A DNA stretch of 64,000 nucleotides from Mobula hypostoma (taxonomy: Eukaryota), in assembly GCF_963921235.1 (NCBI RefSeq), contig NC_086097.1, forward strand, positions 67,334,001 to 67,398,000. The letters are read 5' to 3'. The translations under genes were made by a program, and so were the position numbers. This document shows, piece after piece, positions 1-12,200 of this stretch (within the stretch, counting starts at the first letter, position 1; each line of letters begins with the position of its first letter). The notes below the pieces were generated by a model, which saw only the letters and a program-made list of their open reading frames with translations, was not told the origin of the DNA and searched no databases.

Positions 1-637
1 CCAAATGTTATGAAATAGTCTATTCCTGTATATACGGAATGGGGGGCAGAATAATGAGTGTAATCCCTTCTATCGGGGAAAAGGTCCCTCCATATATCAA
101 TTAGACCAACATCCTCAAAAACAGTGTTAACTTTCTTATGTAAGGACTTTGTCTCATAAGTTTTTCTATTGGAAGAGTCTAACTTTGGTTGTAATTGTAA
201 ATTTAAGTCTCTCCCACATATCAAGAGACCTTCTGTTTCCGTTACCATAATATTAGTAATTTCCTGGAAGAAACTAATATCACTTCCTGGGGGTGTGTAT
301 ATATTCAATAAAGTTACTGGATTTGCATCTATATTCCCCCTTACCAGAATATATCTGCCCTCCTTATCTCCCATTTCGAATACTTTTTCAAAATTTAGCT
401 TGCTTGAGATGAGAATAGCCGGTCCTCTTCTATGTCCTGATCTATATGAGGAGAAAAACAAATTAGTGAAGCCCATTCTCTTTAATTTTCCATGCTCATT
501 ATCATTTAAGTGAGTTTCCCGTAAATATACTACATGGGCTTGTTCTTTTTTCATTTTTGATAGAATTTTCTTGCGCTTGACTGGATTCAATAGCTCATTG
601 ACATTAAAGAAATGAATTTTACTTTGTCCTTATCCAT
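1..637 (-). pseudogene. L1 ORF2p apurinic-like endonuclease domain, frameshifted near the start
   Basis: Manual minus-strand translation: MDKDKVKFIS then, after a frameshift, NVNELLNPVKRKKILSKMKKEQAHVVYLRETHL…. Confidence 0.85.
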
Positions 638-1199
638 GTGTATTTATCTGTTAGTATATCATTGAAATTTGCAGAATATAACTTAATCGATGTACTCCCT
701 GAACAAATAAGAGCCAAGAAACGTGAATAATAAAAAAAAGGTAACGAAGCTGTGATTCCAAGGCTGGTGTCTCTAGATGACCCTGGGTTGAGCTAGAAGA
801 AACGTCTAGCCGTGGGGGATAGCCCCTCCTACCTGTGAATTGAGGGCCCCCGCTGGAGTACCTATAAAAGTAAGTAAAAAAAATCTATGTCCATTACACA
901 GAAATGATTTCCCTGTGTATTCCTCCCAAGTATATATTCTAATTTAGGTGGAGAAAAAGGAATGAATGAATGAATTTTAAAAAATTGAGTAATATAAGAT
1001 CCACATTATAATATGTATTTCTCGAGATAGCTATATAACCGTCTATTTTTGCTTCCGTTTAGTTTATCAGCACTTTTAAAGTTAGCCAAACCTTATGGCT
1101 TTTCTGGAGGAGGTGAGGGCTGTCCTCGGAGAACTCACAGTCTCTCCCTAATATCCTTCTCTCGTCCTGCTCCCGTCCCCTGCTTTCTCGGTTCTCTTA

Positions 1200-2075
1200 C
1201 TATTTCCCAAACAAATTGGGATAACTGCTCACCAGACTTTCCCTTGGTTTGACCACGCTAATGGGCAGTCCTCTGTTCTTCATGTCTGTAGTCGCCTCTT
1301 CCACCGTCTGGTAAAGTCGTATCCCTTCTTGGTAAAATACCCTCAGTTTAGCAGGGTATGGGGTTCGGAATTTAACCTTTTCTTGCTTTAATATTGGTTT
1401 TGCTTCGGAATATTCCTTCTGTTTCTGTCAGACCGCTGGGGGGTGATCATGATCGAAGTATATTAACTTCCTATTCCAAAAAACCCTCTTCTTACCGCAG
1501 GCCCTTCGTAGAATCTCCGCCTTGCTCTTGAATCGAATGAATCTAAGTACTATTGAGTGCGGCTTACTTTCTCTGTCTCCGGGAGGCCTCGGGATGAATG
1601 AACAATGTGCCCTCTCAATTTCAATCTCCATAGTCAGGGGAATCTCCTGCGCTTCCCGCAGCAGCTTTTCTACAAAGTCTATCATCGGCAATCCCTCTGC
1701 TCCTTCGGGAACATTATAAATCCTGATACTCTCCTGTCACGATCTTCCCTCCTGGTCAAGCAATTTACTTTCCTGTTGACTTAATATTTTTATCGTCTTA
1801 CCTAGCATCTGTTCCACATTTTGCATGCAATATTCCACCTTCTCAATTCGAGTCTCTGCCACCACTATTTTCTGAATGACGTTGGCGAGCTCTGACTTTA
1901 TATCATTTAGTTGCTGTTTTATATCTTTTTGGACTTCCCTTATCTCTTCCAGTGTTGGCTTCGCCGCCACGCGCACGTGCAGGAGAGCCGCTTGCTGCAC
2001 CTCTCTCTTCCGTAGGCTCCACCGTGATGCTTTTTTATCTCCATTCTCTTTCCCCATTCTTGCCCCCTTTATCAA
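1200..2075 (-). pseudogene. L1 ORF1p (coiled coil plus RRM/CTD), disrupted
   Basis: ORF track 1737..2075 and 1428..1691 carry L1 ORF1p motifs, split by a stop/frameshift; the 3' end is approximate. Confidence 0.8.
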
Positions 2076-2197
2076 TTCACATATTTTCGAAAGATCCTAT
2101 ATTTGATGGATTAACGGGGCAAAGTATGGGTTTTTCCAGAGGAGCTATTGGTTTAAGACGCCATTCTGAACGATGACGTCACTGGAACCAGCCCTCC

Positions 2198-4720
2198 AAT
2201 GTACAACAGGTTTCACCAGTGTAGAGGAGGCTGCATCAGGGGCACTGGACACAATAGCAGGTTCGCAGGTGAAAAGTCGCCTCACCTGGAAGGACTGTTT
2301 GAGGTCCTGAATGGAGGTGAGGGTCAGGTGTAACACTTTGGCTGCTTGCAGGGCTAAGTGCCGGGAGAGAGATTAGTGGAAGGGACGAGTGGACAAGGGG
2401 GTCATGGAGGGGGCAATCCCTGTGGGAAGTGGAGAGGGAGAGGAGGTAAAGATTTGTTTGGTGGTAGTATCCATTTGGAGATAGCAGAAGTTGTGGAGAA
2501 TGATATGCTGAATACAGAGGTTCTTTCTTTCTTTTTTAATCTTTTTATTAGTTTTCAAGTACATAAACATAATAACAACAGTGATACAAAGAGAATGGAA
2601 TTACCTGTATCTTATTGTTATTCTGTGTACATAACATATACAAAAAAAGAATACAAATAGTATAAGTGTAATAGATTTCCAAACTCTCGATATAGTTAAT
2701 CATAGAAGAAAAAATAAAAAGAAAAGGATATTACAAAGAAAACCCCCCAAAAAACCCCAGAAAATGAACCAAAAAAAACTAGTGACTGAACCCAAAAAAA
2801 GACAAACAGAACAAAACAGGGCTGAACCAATATATTAAATCGAATACATTCATTAATGTCGCCAACTCCGCTCCTCTGTTCATATATTCTAAGTTAATAA
2901 AAAGGATTCGGAAAAGGTCAAACCACATCATATGAAAATGTTGAATAAATGGCTTCCAAGGCTCTTCAAATTTAACCGAAGGATCAAAAATGACACTTCT
3001 GATTTTTTTTCGAAATTTAAACATGATATAGTTTGGGAAAACCATTGAAATGTAGTAGGAGGGTTGGTCTCTTTCCAATTCAATAAAATGGATCTTCTGG
3101 CCGTTAATGTAACTAATGCAATCATCTGACAGGCTGAAGAGGATAAAGATCCATCATTGGCAAACCAGAAATTGCCATAATAAGATGGGGTTGTAAATCA
3201 AAGTGCAAAACTGTTGAAATAATATCACAAATATCTTTCCAAAATTTTTCCAAGAGAGGGCAGGACCAGAACATATGAGACAGAGAAGCCAGCTCAGAGT
3301 GATATCTGTCACAAATAGGATTTATTTGGGGGTAAAAATGAGCTAGTTTATCTTTAGACATGTAAGCCCTATGCACTACCATAAATTGTATCAGCGTATG
3401 TTTAGCACATATAGAGGAAGAGCTAACTAACTGAAAGATTTTTTTCCCATTTCTCTATAGGTAGATGAAGTTCCCTTTCCCATTCATTTTTAACTTTATC
3501 AGATGTACCTGGCTGTATTTTCATAATTGTATCATAAATAATTGCTATTCATTCCTTCTGATAAGGATTTAAACTTAAAATTTTGTCTATGATATCAGTA
3601 GAGTGTGGAAGCGTAGGCAGCATGGTATTTAAAAAGTTTTTTACTTGTAAATACCTAAAAAATGGGATCTGGCTAAGTTATATTTATTAGGTAACTGTTC
3701 AAAAGACATGAAACAGTTATTCAGAAATAAATCACGGAAACGTTATACCCTTCATTTTCCATATCAAAAAGGCTTGATCCATAACCAAGGGTTGAAAAAA
3801 AATTAGATATAATAGGACTTGATAATATGAATTTGTTCAAACCAAAAAATTACAAAATTGGAACCATATTCGTAATGTATGTTTAATTATTGGATTAACC
3901 AATTGTTTATTCAATTTAGAAAATACAGGGAAGTGAAGTTCCTAAAATGAAAACCCTTGTACAGAGTATCCTTCAAGGTTTACCCATTGTGGACTTGGAA
4001 TTATATCCCAATCTTGTGTCCAAAATATTAAATATTGAATATTAATTGCCCAGTAATAGAATCTTAAATTCAGAAATGCTAAACCACCATCTTTCTTGGA
4101 CTTTTTTACTCAACCTGGGACTTTTATTCTGCCATATATAAGAGGAAATCTGAAAATCAATAGTGTCAAAAAATGATTTAGGAATAAAAATTAGTACCGC
4201 CTGAAATAAATATAAAAATTTAGGTAAAATAATCATTTTAATGGCATTGACTCGGCCAGTCAACGATAGAAGGATACAGAGGTTCATGGCGTGGTAGCTA
4301 AGGACAAGGGGAACTCTATCCTGTTAAAGCGGTGGTGAGCACGGATGTTTGGGAATTGGAGGAGATCTGGGTGAGGGCAACATCATGGTGAAGGAAAGGA
4401 ACTGCTGTTCTTTGAAGAAGGAGGACATCTCTGATGCCCTGGAAAGGAAGGCCTCATCTTGGGAACAGATGCGGTGGAGATGAAGGAACTGAGAAAAGGG
4501 AATAGCATTTTTACAGGAGACAGAGTAGGAAGATAACTATGAGAATCCACAAGTTTATAAAAGATGTTGGTTGACAGTTTGTCTCCAGAGATGGAGACAG
4601 AGAGATCGAGAAAGGGAGGAGGGAGGTGTTGGAAATGGACTGAGTAGACTTAAGATCAGGGTGGAAGTTGGAGGCAAAGTTGATGAAACTGATAAACTTA
4701 GCGTGGGTTCATGAAGCAGC
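2198..4720 (-). mobile_element. Old Penelope-like element fragment, split by an L1 insertion (pieces 2198..2523 and 4274..4720)
   Basis: Both pieces are diverged reverse complements of the 23.0-24.1 kb Penelope ORF (e.g. cctcacctggaaggactgttt; gggtggaagttggaggcaaagttgatgaaa). Confidence 0.85.
2524..4273 (-). mobile_element. 5'-truncated L1 (ORF2 C-terminal part, 3'UTR, A-rich tail) with 12-bp TSD
   Basis: LSLTGRVNAIKMIILPKFLYLFQ (4042..4287) and zinc-knuckle-like PICDRYHSELASLSHMFWSCP (3122..3382). T-rich tail at 2524. ATACAGAGGTTC occurs at both 2512..2523 and 4274..4285. Confidence 0.9.
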
Positions 4721-4721
4721 T

Positions 4722-4890
4722 TAACCATACATCTTTGGAATGTGGGGGGAAAGCCACGCAGTCATTGAAGAACATACAAACTCCTTACAGATAGCAGCGG
4801 GAATCAAACCCTGATCATACAGCTGGTGCTGTTACAGTGTTACGCTGTCTGTTACATTGTTACGCTGACTGTTACATTATCGTGCTGCCC
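4722..4890 (-). mobile_element. tRNA-derived SINE (HE1/V-SINE-like), 5' part, with a small internal tandem duplication
   Basis: Reverse complement begins gggcagcacg and contains a B-box-like gggtttgattcccg; similar to the SINE at 50418. Confidence 0.6.
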
Positions 4891-7794
4891 TAGCACTGAT
4901 TACACAAAAACTTGGATACAATAATAGTCTACATGTAGAATCTTGCAACAATTTTCTCCTTAGTGTGGCATGACTGAGAGTTTGGACTTGTTCAGACTGA
5001 AATGTGGTAATGAGCATTTCAAACTGATTCCCATACCACTGAAAATTCAGCAGCTGTCTGTCCAAAGTGAGTCACTCTGGTGTGCCCAGTGCAATCGGTA
5101 ACAATATAAGGAAAGTTAAACCAAGTCATCATGACTGTGACCATTCTTCTTCACTCATAGGACTAGGTTTTAATAAACACATGACAGTACAGGATACTGC
5201 AGACTATGTCCCAAACTTGCCTTTGATATTTTGTCACAGAGCATCCAGATAGCACCGGTTCCTCTCTCCTCCTGATCTATCCCTTACTACTTATTTCTGA
5301 GCCTATTAATGCATAATCTTGACCATCTAATCTTGTTGCAAATCCCCGAGAGCCTGCCCAACAGCAGGTGTTAAATCCACATTTAGCCCATTCTTTCAGG
5401 AACAGAGCTGAGACTTGCTAATGAAAGCCTCCAGATTCATTTTGCATTTGGCCTGCAGATGTATGCCAGGTTTTTGCAGGAAGAGTAGGGTTAAAATTGC
5501 CCATGATAGGGGTTGAAAAAGAGGGAGAACAATCAGAAAAATGAAAAAGAGGAACACAGCACATTGCAATAACAGTTATTACCTTCTGGTTGCTGCAGGT
5601 TTTCACGTTTTAAAGTTTAAATGACACAGATACTGAATTTAACCCTTCAAGGAAATATAAGCATCATGTGCAAACTTGAAGTCTTTTGAGATTGAAGTTA
5701 GTTTGCTCTGCAGCTCTGTCCTCTCCATCTCAAAGGTGCTGTTTTTGTCCATTAGTGAGATAGCTTTGTACCGAATCTTGCTCACTAACTTACACAATCT
5801 TCACCTGCTGTGCACTTTCATTTTGCTGTTTGTGTTTGATCCCTGTGTGATTCAAGAATCTAGTCTTCAAACATTGCTTTCTTCCTCCTGGCGTGTTTAG
5901 AAAAATACATTAAAATCTGTTCATTTAACTCCATTTGTTTTAAAGTTAAATTTATCTAAAATGTTTGGGATTTATAATGGCCATACAGTATGTGCTGCTA
6001 ATCTAATATACCAGATTTAAGTAAACTTTTAAATCCTCAATTAAAATTGCAATTTTCACCATTTCTCTTTTCTGAAGCCATTGTGTATTAACCTTGTAAC
6101 CACATGCAACTATCAATGGTTAATGTGACTATTTCTGTTAAAACTTCCCAGTTAGTGTGAGACTGAAGGATTACTAAATGCACTCGATGAAGTTTGACAT
6201 TATGCAACTGGCTTATTTTTGTGGCACTGTACTATCTTCTATGTGTTTCTCAGAATGAAAAAAAAGGTATGAAATTAAGTTGTATGATCTGACACCAAAG
6301 CTGCAATTTTGTATTTACCATCTTAGGGGTATTGTGCATAATTTAATACTTCGATGCCTTTCTTTTGTTAATTCATGGTTGATTTGCTCAAGTTGTATGG
6401 ATAATTCAGTGTCCTATGATGTTTATCTGGCTAAATCTGGATCAAAGAAATCCTCCAGAGTATTCCTGCTGAAAGAAACATTTGGTTCCCTTTTCCCTCA
6501 CATCATAAATAATAAATGTCATCTTACTGTTTGAACATTCTGTATCTTTCTTTAACAAAGTAGCGATGTCAAGTTTAAAGTAATATTCTCTAAAGGTAAT
6601 CCTGATGAGCATTTTAATTTATCTTGTATTTACTGTACTGACCAACATCAGTCAGTGAAAATCTATTATGAATCTTCTATTTTGTTGAGGGTAATTAACT
6701 GAATTAAAATCAATTTCCCATGGATCTACTTAAAGTAAAATTGGAATAATCCTTTCCAAAATTACAGAGGTATGTTATTTATGCTCCTAATCATTTTGAG
6801 TTAATTTTTTTCAGAACTTGATGCTTTCATTTCTCAACTCTCAACTATATGCACTCATTTTTCTGATATTCACTCCAAAGTTATTTCTATGGTTCCAATA
6901 AAACGTTTATGGGTGAAGAGGTGAGGATCAATCGATCAATGCAGGTGACATTGGGAATTGGGAGAATGAACATTTCTGGCTGGTTGGAAACTGAAAGTGT
7001 GCACCAATCCTTTCATGCACATCTCATCACTTATCAAAAAATTGGAAATCTATGGCAAGGTAAAACTGGCAAGAAGAGAAGGCTTTTTAACAAACTGAAC
7101 CTGGGAGGCATTAGAAATGAGCATCACCCCACTGGTCAGACACCGTCAGGAGTCCCAATTTCTTCCATTCCCCTTGCCCCATCTTTCTTTATGAGTACCC
7201 AACTCTAAGATAAAATGAAGAGGCGATTCAGATCTAGACTTGTTAAACTCCCTGGCAGGGTGGAAGGCTTGTAAAATGCATAGGGAAAAGGTGATTTGCT
7301 GTGGCTAAAGCTTGTAGATGAATTGAAGAAGTAAAATGTCTAATGGTCAAGTATTGAAAGCAGGACTTGTGAATTAAATAGAATAGTTCAGCAAAGTTTT
7401 TCTAAAAAAATCTTGCATTTTTTGTTTTCTGAAGGACAAGTAGATATAGATTATGCTAGAAAGGCTGTGGAATATCCATTAAAGTGAACAAAATGGTAAG
7501 GGAGCAGCATCCAAAACTGGAAAGGACCCACCGTGAATTCCAGCTCAGACAGAATAAATGCCAGCAAAGGAACAAAAAAACCTGCACCACAGAAGAAGTC
7601 CTCTTTGAATAAAGACAGTCCACACAATCTTCCAAGGCAATGGGTTGGTGTCAAAGAGCATTGTAAAGCCTAGTTGTCTGCAGAGCTGTCCAGTTGATTT
7701 GGAGATTTGTAGTGGGATTCCAGAGTGCCTCCTGTTAGATACAGTATATTTTATTGAGTCTTCGCTGCTATTAAATCAGAGCAGATTTTATTTC

Positions 7795-8030
7795 AAACTC
7801 ACTCTCTTGCCTTCTCCCCGTAAACCCCCAAACCCCCTTACCAATCAAGAACCTATCAGTATACCCAATTAATTGGCACCTACAGCCATCTGTGGCAACA
7901 AATGTCACTGATTGACCTTCATGTGGCTCCACTTCTCAGTGTTGATGTGATGTCCTTTTAGTACAAGGCCATGTCCTTGCATCTTAGACTCTCCCATTAA
8001 CTGAAACATCTTCTCCATGTCCACTTAATT
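7795..8030 (-). mobile_element. Decayed CR1 3' fragment
   Basis: Resembles the CR1 3' ends elsewhere in the window (ccaatcaagaacctatc…acagccatctgtggcaac). Confidence 0.6.
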
Positions 8031-8149
8031 AGTGACATTGCCCCTATGCATCAGTACCAGGTGAATTCGTGAGAATTGTGCAGACAGCAAATGCGGGAAG
8101 ATGCCAAGTCTTGCATAATTAATTATTTTAAAATCCTATGTGCAGGGTT

Positions 8150-9205
8150 AAGACCATAAGATATAGGAGCAGAATTGGGTTATTTGGCCACTGAGTCTAC
8201 TACACCATTACATCATGGCTGATTTATATCCCTCTCAATTTAATTCTCCTTCCTTCTCCTCATGACCTTTAATACGCAAGGACCTATATAAACCTCTGTT
8301 TTAAACATACAACGTGACTGGGCTCCACAGTTATCTGTGGCAACAAATTCCTCATTTTCACCACCCTCTGGCTAAAGAAATTCCTCCTCATCTCTGTTCT
8401 AAAGGGACGTCCTTCTACTCGGAGACTGTCTTCAGGTCCCAGACTCCCCTACTATGGGAAACCTCTTCTCTACATCCACTCTGTATAGGCTTTTCAATAT
8501 TCGATACGTTTTAATGACATCCCCCCTCATTCCTCTAAATTCCAGTGAGTATAGGCCCAGATCCATCAGACTTTCATCATTAATAAGCCTTTCATCCCTG
8601 GGATCATTTTCATGAACCTCCTCTGGGCTGTCTCTAATACCAGCACATTCTTTCTTGGATAAGAGGCTCAAAACTGCTCACAATACTCCAAATGTGGTCT
8701 GACCAATGCCTCATAAAGCCTCAGTATTACATCCTCGCTTTTATGTTCTAGTCCTCTTGAAATGAACGATAGCGTTGCATTTGCCTTTCTTACCTCTGAC
8801 TCAACCTGCAAGTTAACCTTTTGGCAATCCTGCATGATGACTCTCAAGTCCCTTTGCACCTCTAATTTCTGAATTTTCTCCCCGTTTAGAAAACAGTCTG
8901 TGCCTTTATTCCTTCCACCCAAGTGCATGACCATACACTTCTCTATACAGTATTCAACCTGTCAGTTCTTTGCCCATTCTTCTAATCTTTCTAAGGCTTT
9001 CTACATGATTCCTGCTACTTCAACACTACCTGCCACTCCAGCTCTCTTTGTATCATCTACAGATTTGGCCACAAAGCCATCAATTATGTCATCCAAATCA
9101 TTGACATATAACGTGGAAAGAAATGCTCCCAACACCGACCCTGCAGAACACCATTAGTCACCAACACCCAACCAGAAAAGGCCCCATTTATTCCCACTCT
9201 TTGCC
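8150..9205 (-). mobile_element. 5'-truncated CR1 LINE
   Basis: ORF fragments LVRPHLEYCEQF, LGLYSLEFRGMRGDVI and FSGWVLVTNGV; 3' tail agaccataag. Confidence 0.9.
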
Positions 9206-9241
9206 ATATTAACTGTGACTGGAAGATGTTTAAATTATATA

Positions 9242-9785
9242 CACTTGGCCACTTTATTAGGTACACCTGCACACCCGCACGTTAATGCAAATATCTAATC
9301 GACCAATCATGTGGCAGCAACGCAATGCATAAAAGCATGCAGGCATGGTCAAGAGGTTTATTTGTTGTTCAGACCAAACAGCAGATTGGGGAAGAAGTGT
9401 GACCTAGGTGGCTTTGACCGTGGAGTGATTGTTGGTGCCAGACAGGTTGGTTTGGGTAACTCAAAAACTGCCGGTCTCCTGGTATTTGCACACACAACTG
9501 TTTCTAGAGTTTACAACAAATGATGTGAAAAACAAAAAAAAAACACGCAGCGAGTAGCAGTTCTGAGGGAGAAAACACCTTGTTAATGAGAGAGATTAGA
9601 GGAGAATGGTCAGACTGGTTCAAACTGACAGGAAGGTGACAGTAGCTCGGTGGTGTGCAGAAGAGCATCTCTGAATGCACATGGTGAACCTTGAACTGGA
9701 TAGGCTACAGCAGCAGAATATACATTCAGTGGCTACTTTAATAGGGATAGGAGGTACAGTACCTAATAAAGTGGCCACTGAGTTT
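9242..9785 (+). mobile_element. Internally deleted Tc1-family DNA transposon
   Basis: TIRs tggccactttattaggtac (9246..9264) and gtacctaataaagtggcca (9759..9777), plus an extra TIR-like copy near 9721. Tc1 HTH remnant GKKCDLGGFDRGVIVGARQVG…TTVSRVY (9311..9523). Confidence 0.85.
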
Positions 9786-9860
9786 ATGTAATTGCCAAAA
9801 TTATAATTATTCATGATAATACACTTTTTTATAATCCTACATTTACGGATCAGTCTAGAA

Positions 9861-9939
9861 CCGGGGTTCCCAACTTTTTTAGGCCATGGACCCCTACCAT
9901 TAACCGAGGTGTCCATGGACCTCAGGTTGGGAACCCCTT
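9861..9939. mobile_element. ~80-bp hAT/Charlie-type MITE
   Basis: Ends ggggttcccaac and gttgggaacccc; flanks gtctagaa and ctttagaa resemble an NTCTAGAN 8-bp TSD. Confidence 0.75.
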
Positions 9940-10594
9940 CTTTAGAAGCTATCCTGTAAATTATGTTTATATATTCAAAATACATTACATTTTTACTTCT
10001 ATTTTTAACATTTCCTGGGAGAATGAAACATAATTGGATAAATCTATTAATAGAGGTAGCAATTTCTCTGCATTTTGTGTTCGTTGAGGATTTTTCCTGC
10101 TGTGTTGTCATTTTTCCTCTTGTTCCAAATGCGGGAAGATGCATCATGTTCCAACATAAAGTTGGCAGATGGCTGTGGGCGGCTAAGGGTACCTTAAGCA
10201 TTGTATTGGAGGCAAAAATTTAATCCTCCATACCCAGTTATCAGAGATGTATTACATGAACTCAGATAACATGTAAACATTCTGATCTTCCTACAAGTAG
10301 TCAAGCAAACCTCTGATGAAAACATTTTTGAATCATTACTGCAGTTAAGTTGACTTCTTAGCATTGGCAGCTCCAATATTTACATTGTACAGAGATGAGA
10401 TTAATGCATATTCTGTTTTTACAGGAATGCAGCTGGTCTAACATTACCCACTCAATAGAGAGGCAATAGACAGGTCAGTGTATGCTGCTGACTTATTGTA
10501 TAGCCAGAGAGAGGAACTGATATCTAACAATGCACTGCCAACGACTCTTCACTTTTAACAACAGGTGCAGTACCACTCCCGTCTATCCCGTCTA

Positions 10595-12200
10595 TCAGAA
10601 TCAGAATCAAGTTTACTATCTCTGGCATGTGCTGTGAAATTTGTTGTTTTTCCACAGCAGTACAGTGAAAGACATAAAAATCAATAGAAGTTACAAAATA
10701 AATAAATAGTGCAAGGGATGAGTAATGAGGTAGTGTACATGGGTTCGTAGACTGCTCAGAGATCTGATGGCAGAAAGGAAGAAGCTGTTCTTAAGGAATT
10801 GAGTGTGGGTTTTGAGGCTCCTGTACCTCCTCCTCGACTGTAGTAATGAGAAGAGGGCATGTCTTGGATGGTGAGGGTCTTTAACGTGGGACTCTGCATT
10901 CTTGAGGTACTTTCTCTGAGAGATGTCCTTGATGGTGGGGAGGCTGTGCCCACAATGAGTATACAACCTCTGCTGGCTCTTGCAATCCTGTGCATTCGAG
11001 GCTCTGTACCAGACGGTGATGCAACCAGACAGAATGCTCTCCACTGTACTTCCATAGAAATTTGCAGAGTCTTTGGTGACATATCAAATTTCCTCAAGCT
11101 CCTGGTGAAGGAGAGCCATGGGGTGCCTTCTTCATGATTGCATCAAGATCAAGATTGTTTAATGCCATTTCCGGTACCCAAGTGTAAAGGAGAACAGAAT
11201 AATTGATTCTCCAGATCTGATGCAGCAGAATAAAAAGGTAATAAGATAGAGAACAGAATAATAAAAAACACAACTAATATAAGTACATAAGATAACCTGT
11301 ACATAGACTGATAGTATGTGCATAAAGTGATGCTAGGTACAGGAGTACCTAAGGAGACTGACAAGAAACGTTAAAGTGGTGGAGTGGGTGTGGTGAGGCA
11401 GGTTAGTAGGTGGAGGTGATGATCTGTCTTGCTGCTTGGGGAAAGTAACTGTTTTCGGGTCTGGTAGCCCAGGCCTGGATGCTATGTCATTTCCTCCATG
11501 ATGGGAGTGGGACAAACAGTCCATGAGCAGGCGAGATGGGATGCTTCACGATATTGCTGGCCTTTCACGGCACCTTTCTGAGTGTATGTCCTTGGTGGTG
11601 CGTAGGCCGGCCGGTGTGCCAGTAGGCAGTTTTGACCATCTATGGAACCTCCCTCTCTGCTGTAGTGCTGTTTCCATACCATACAGTGATGTCCAGGATA
11701 GATCCTGTGAGATATCGACACCCAGAAACTTGAAGTTGCTCACCTATTCCACAAATGACCCCTCGACGAGGAGTCATGTGCTCTCCCGACCTTTCCTTCC
11801 TGAAGCCCACCATCAATCTCCTGGTCTTGCTGACCTCGAGTGTGAGGTTGACGTTCTGACACCACTCAACCGGCCAATCCATCTCACTCCTCTATGCCCC
11901 CTCAGTGTTATCTCAGCTTCTGCCAAAAACACAGGTGTGACTGGCAAAATTATAGATGGCATTTGAGCTGTGCTTATCCACACAGTTATGAGTGTAGAAA
12001 GACTAGAGCAGTGGGCTAAACACATATCCACAAGGTGCACCTTGTTGATTGTCAGTAAGGAGGAGATGTTGTTACTGATCCACACTGACTGGTCTCCCAC
12101 TGAGGAAGCCAAGGATCCAGTTTCAGAGGGTGGTACTGAAGACCAGGTTTTGAAGCTTGTTGATTAGTAGAAGAAGGACTATAGTGTTGAATGCTGAGCT
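10595..12200 (-). mobile_element. Rex1/Babar-type LINE fragments (at least two nested or adjacent copies)
   Basis: ESILSGCITVWY…DPHHPRHALFSLLQSRRRYRSLK…SFFLSAIR (10691..11044) and NFKFLGVDISQDLSW. Microsatellite tails (atcaga)n at 10595 and (atcaag)n near 11143. Confidence 0.8.

Larger units (their letters stand above)
1..2197 (-). mobile_element. L1-clade LINE, 5' portion (5'UTR, ORF1, start of ORF2); runs off the window start
   Basis: ORF1p-like fragments (1737..2075 coiled coil; 1428..1691 EIERAH...RFIRFKSKAEILRRA...IYFDHD). ORF2 starts ATG at 637 and, after a 1-nt frameshift, reads as an APE endonuclease (…VVYLRETHL…LNIYTPP…RDLNLQL…DIWRDLFP…YTHYS…IDYF). Confidence 0.9.

Noticed and set aside
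9620..10201. 193-aa minus-strand ORF as a gene
   Set aside because: It runs across a MITE and a Tc1 end and has no recognisable motif; probably a chance frame.
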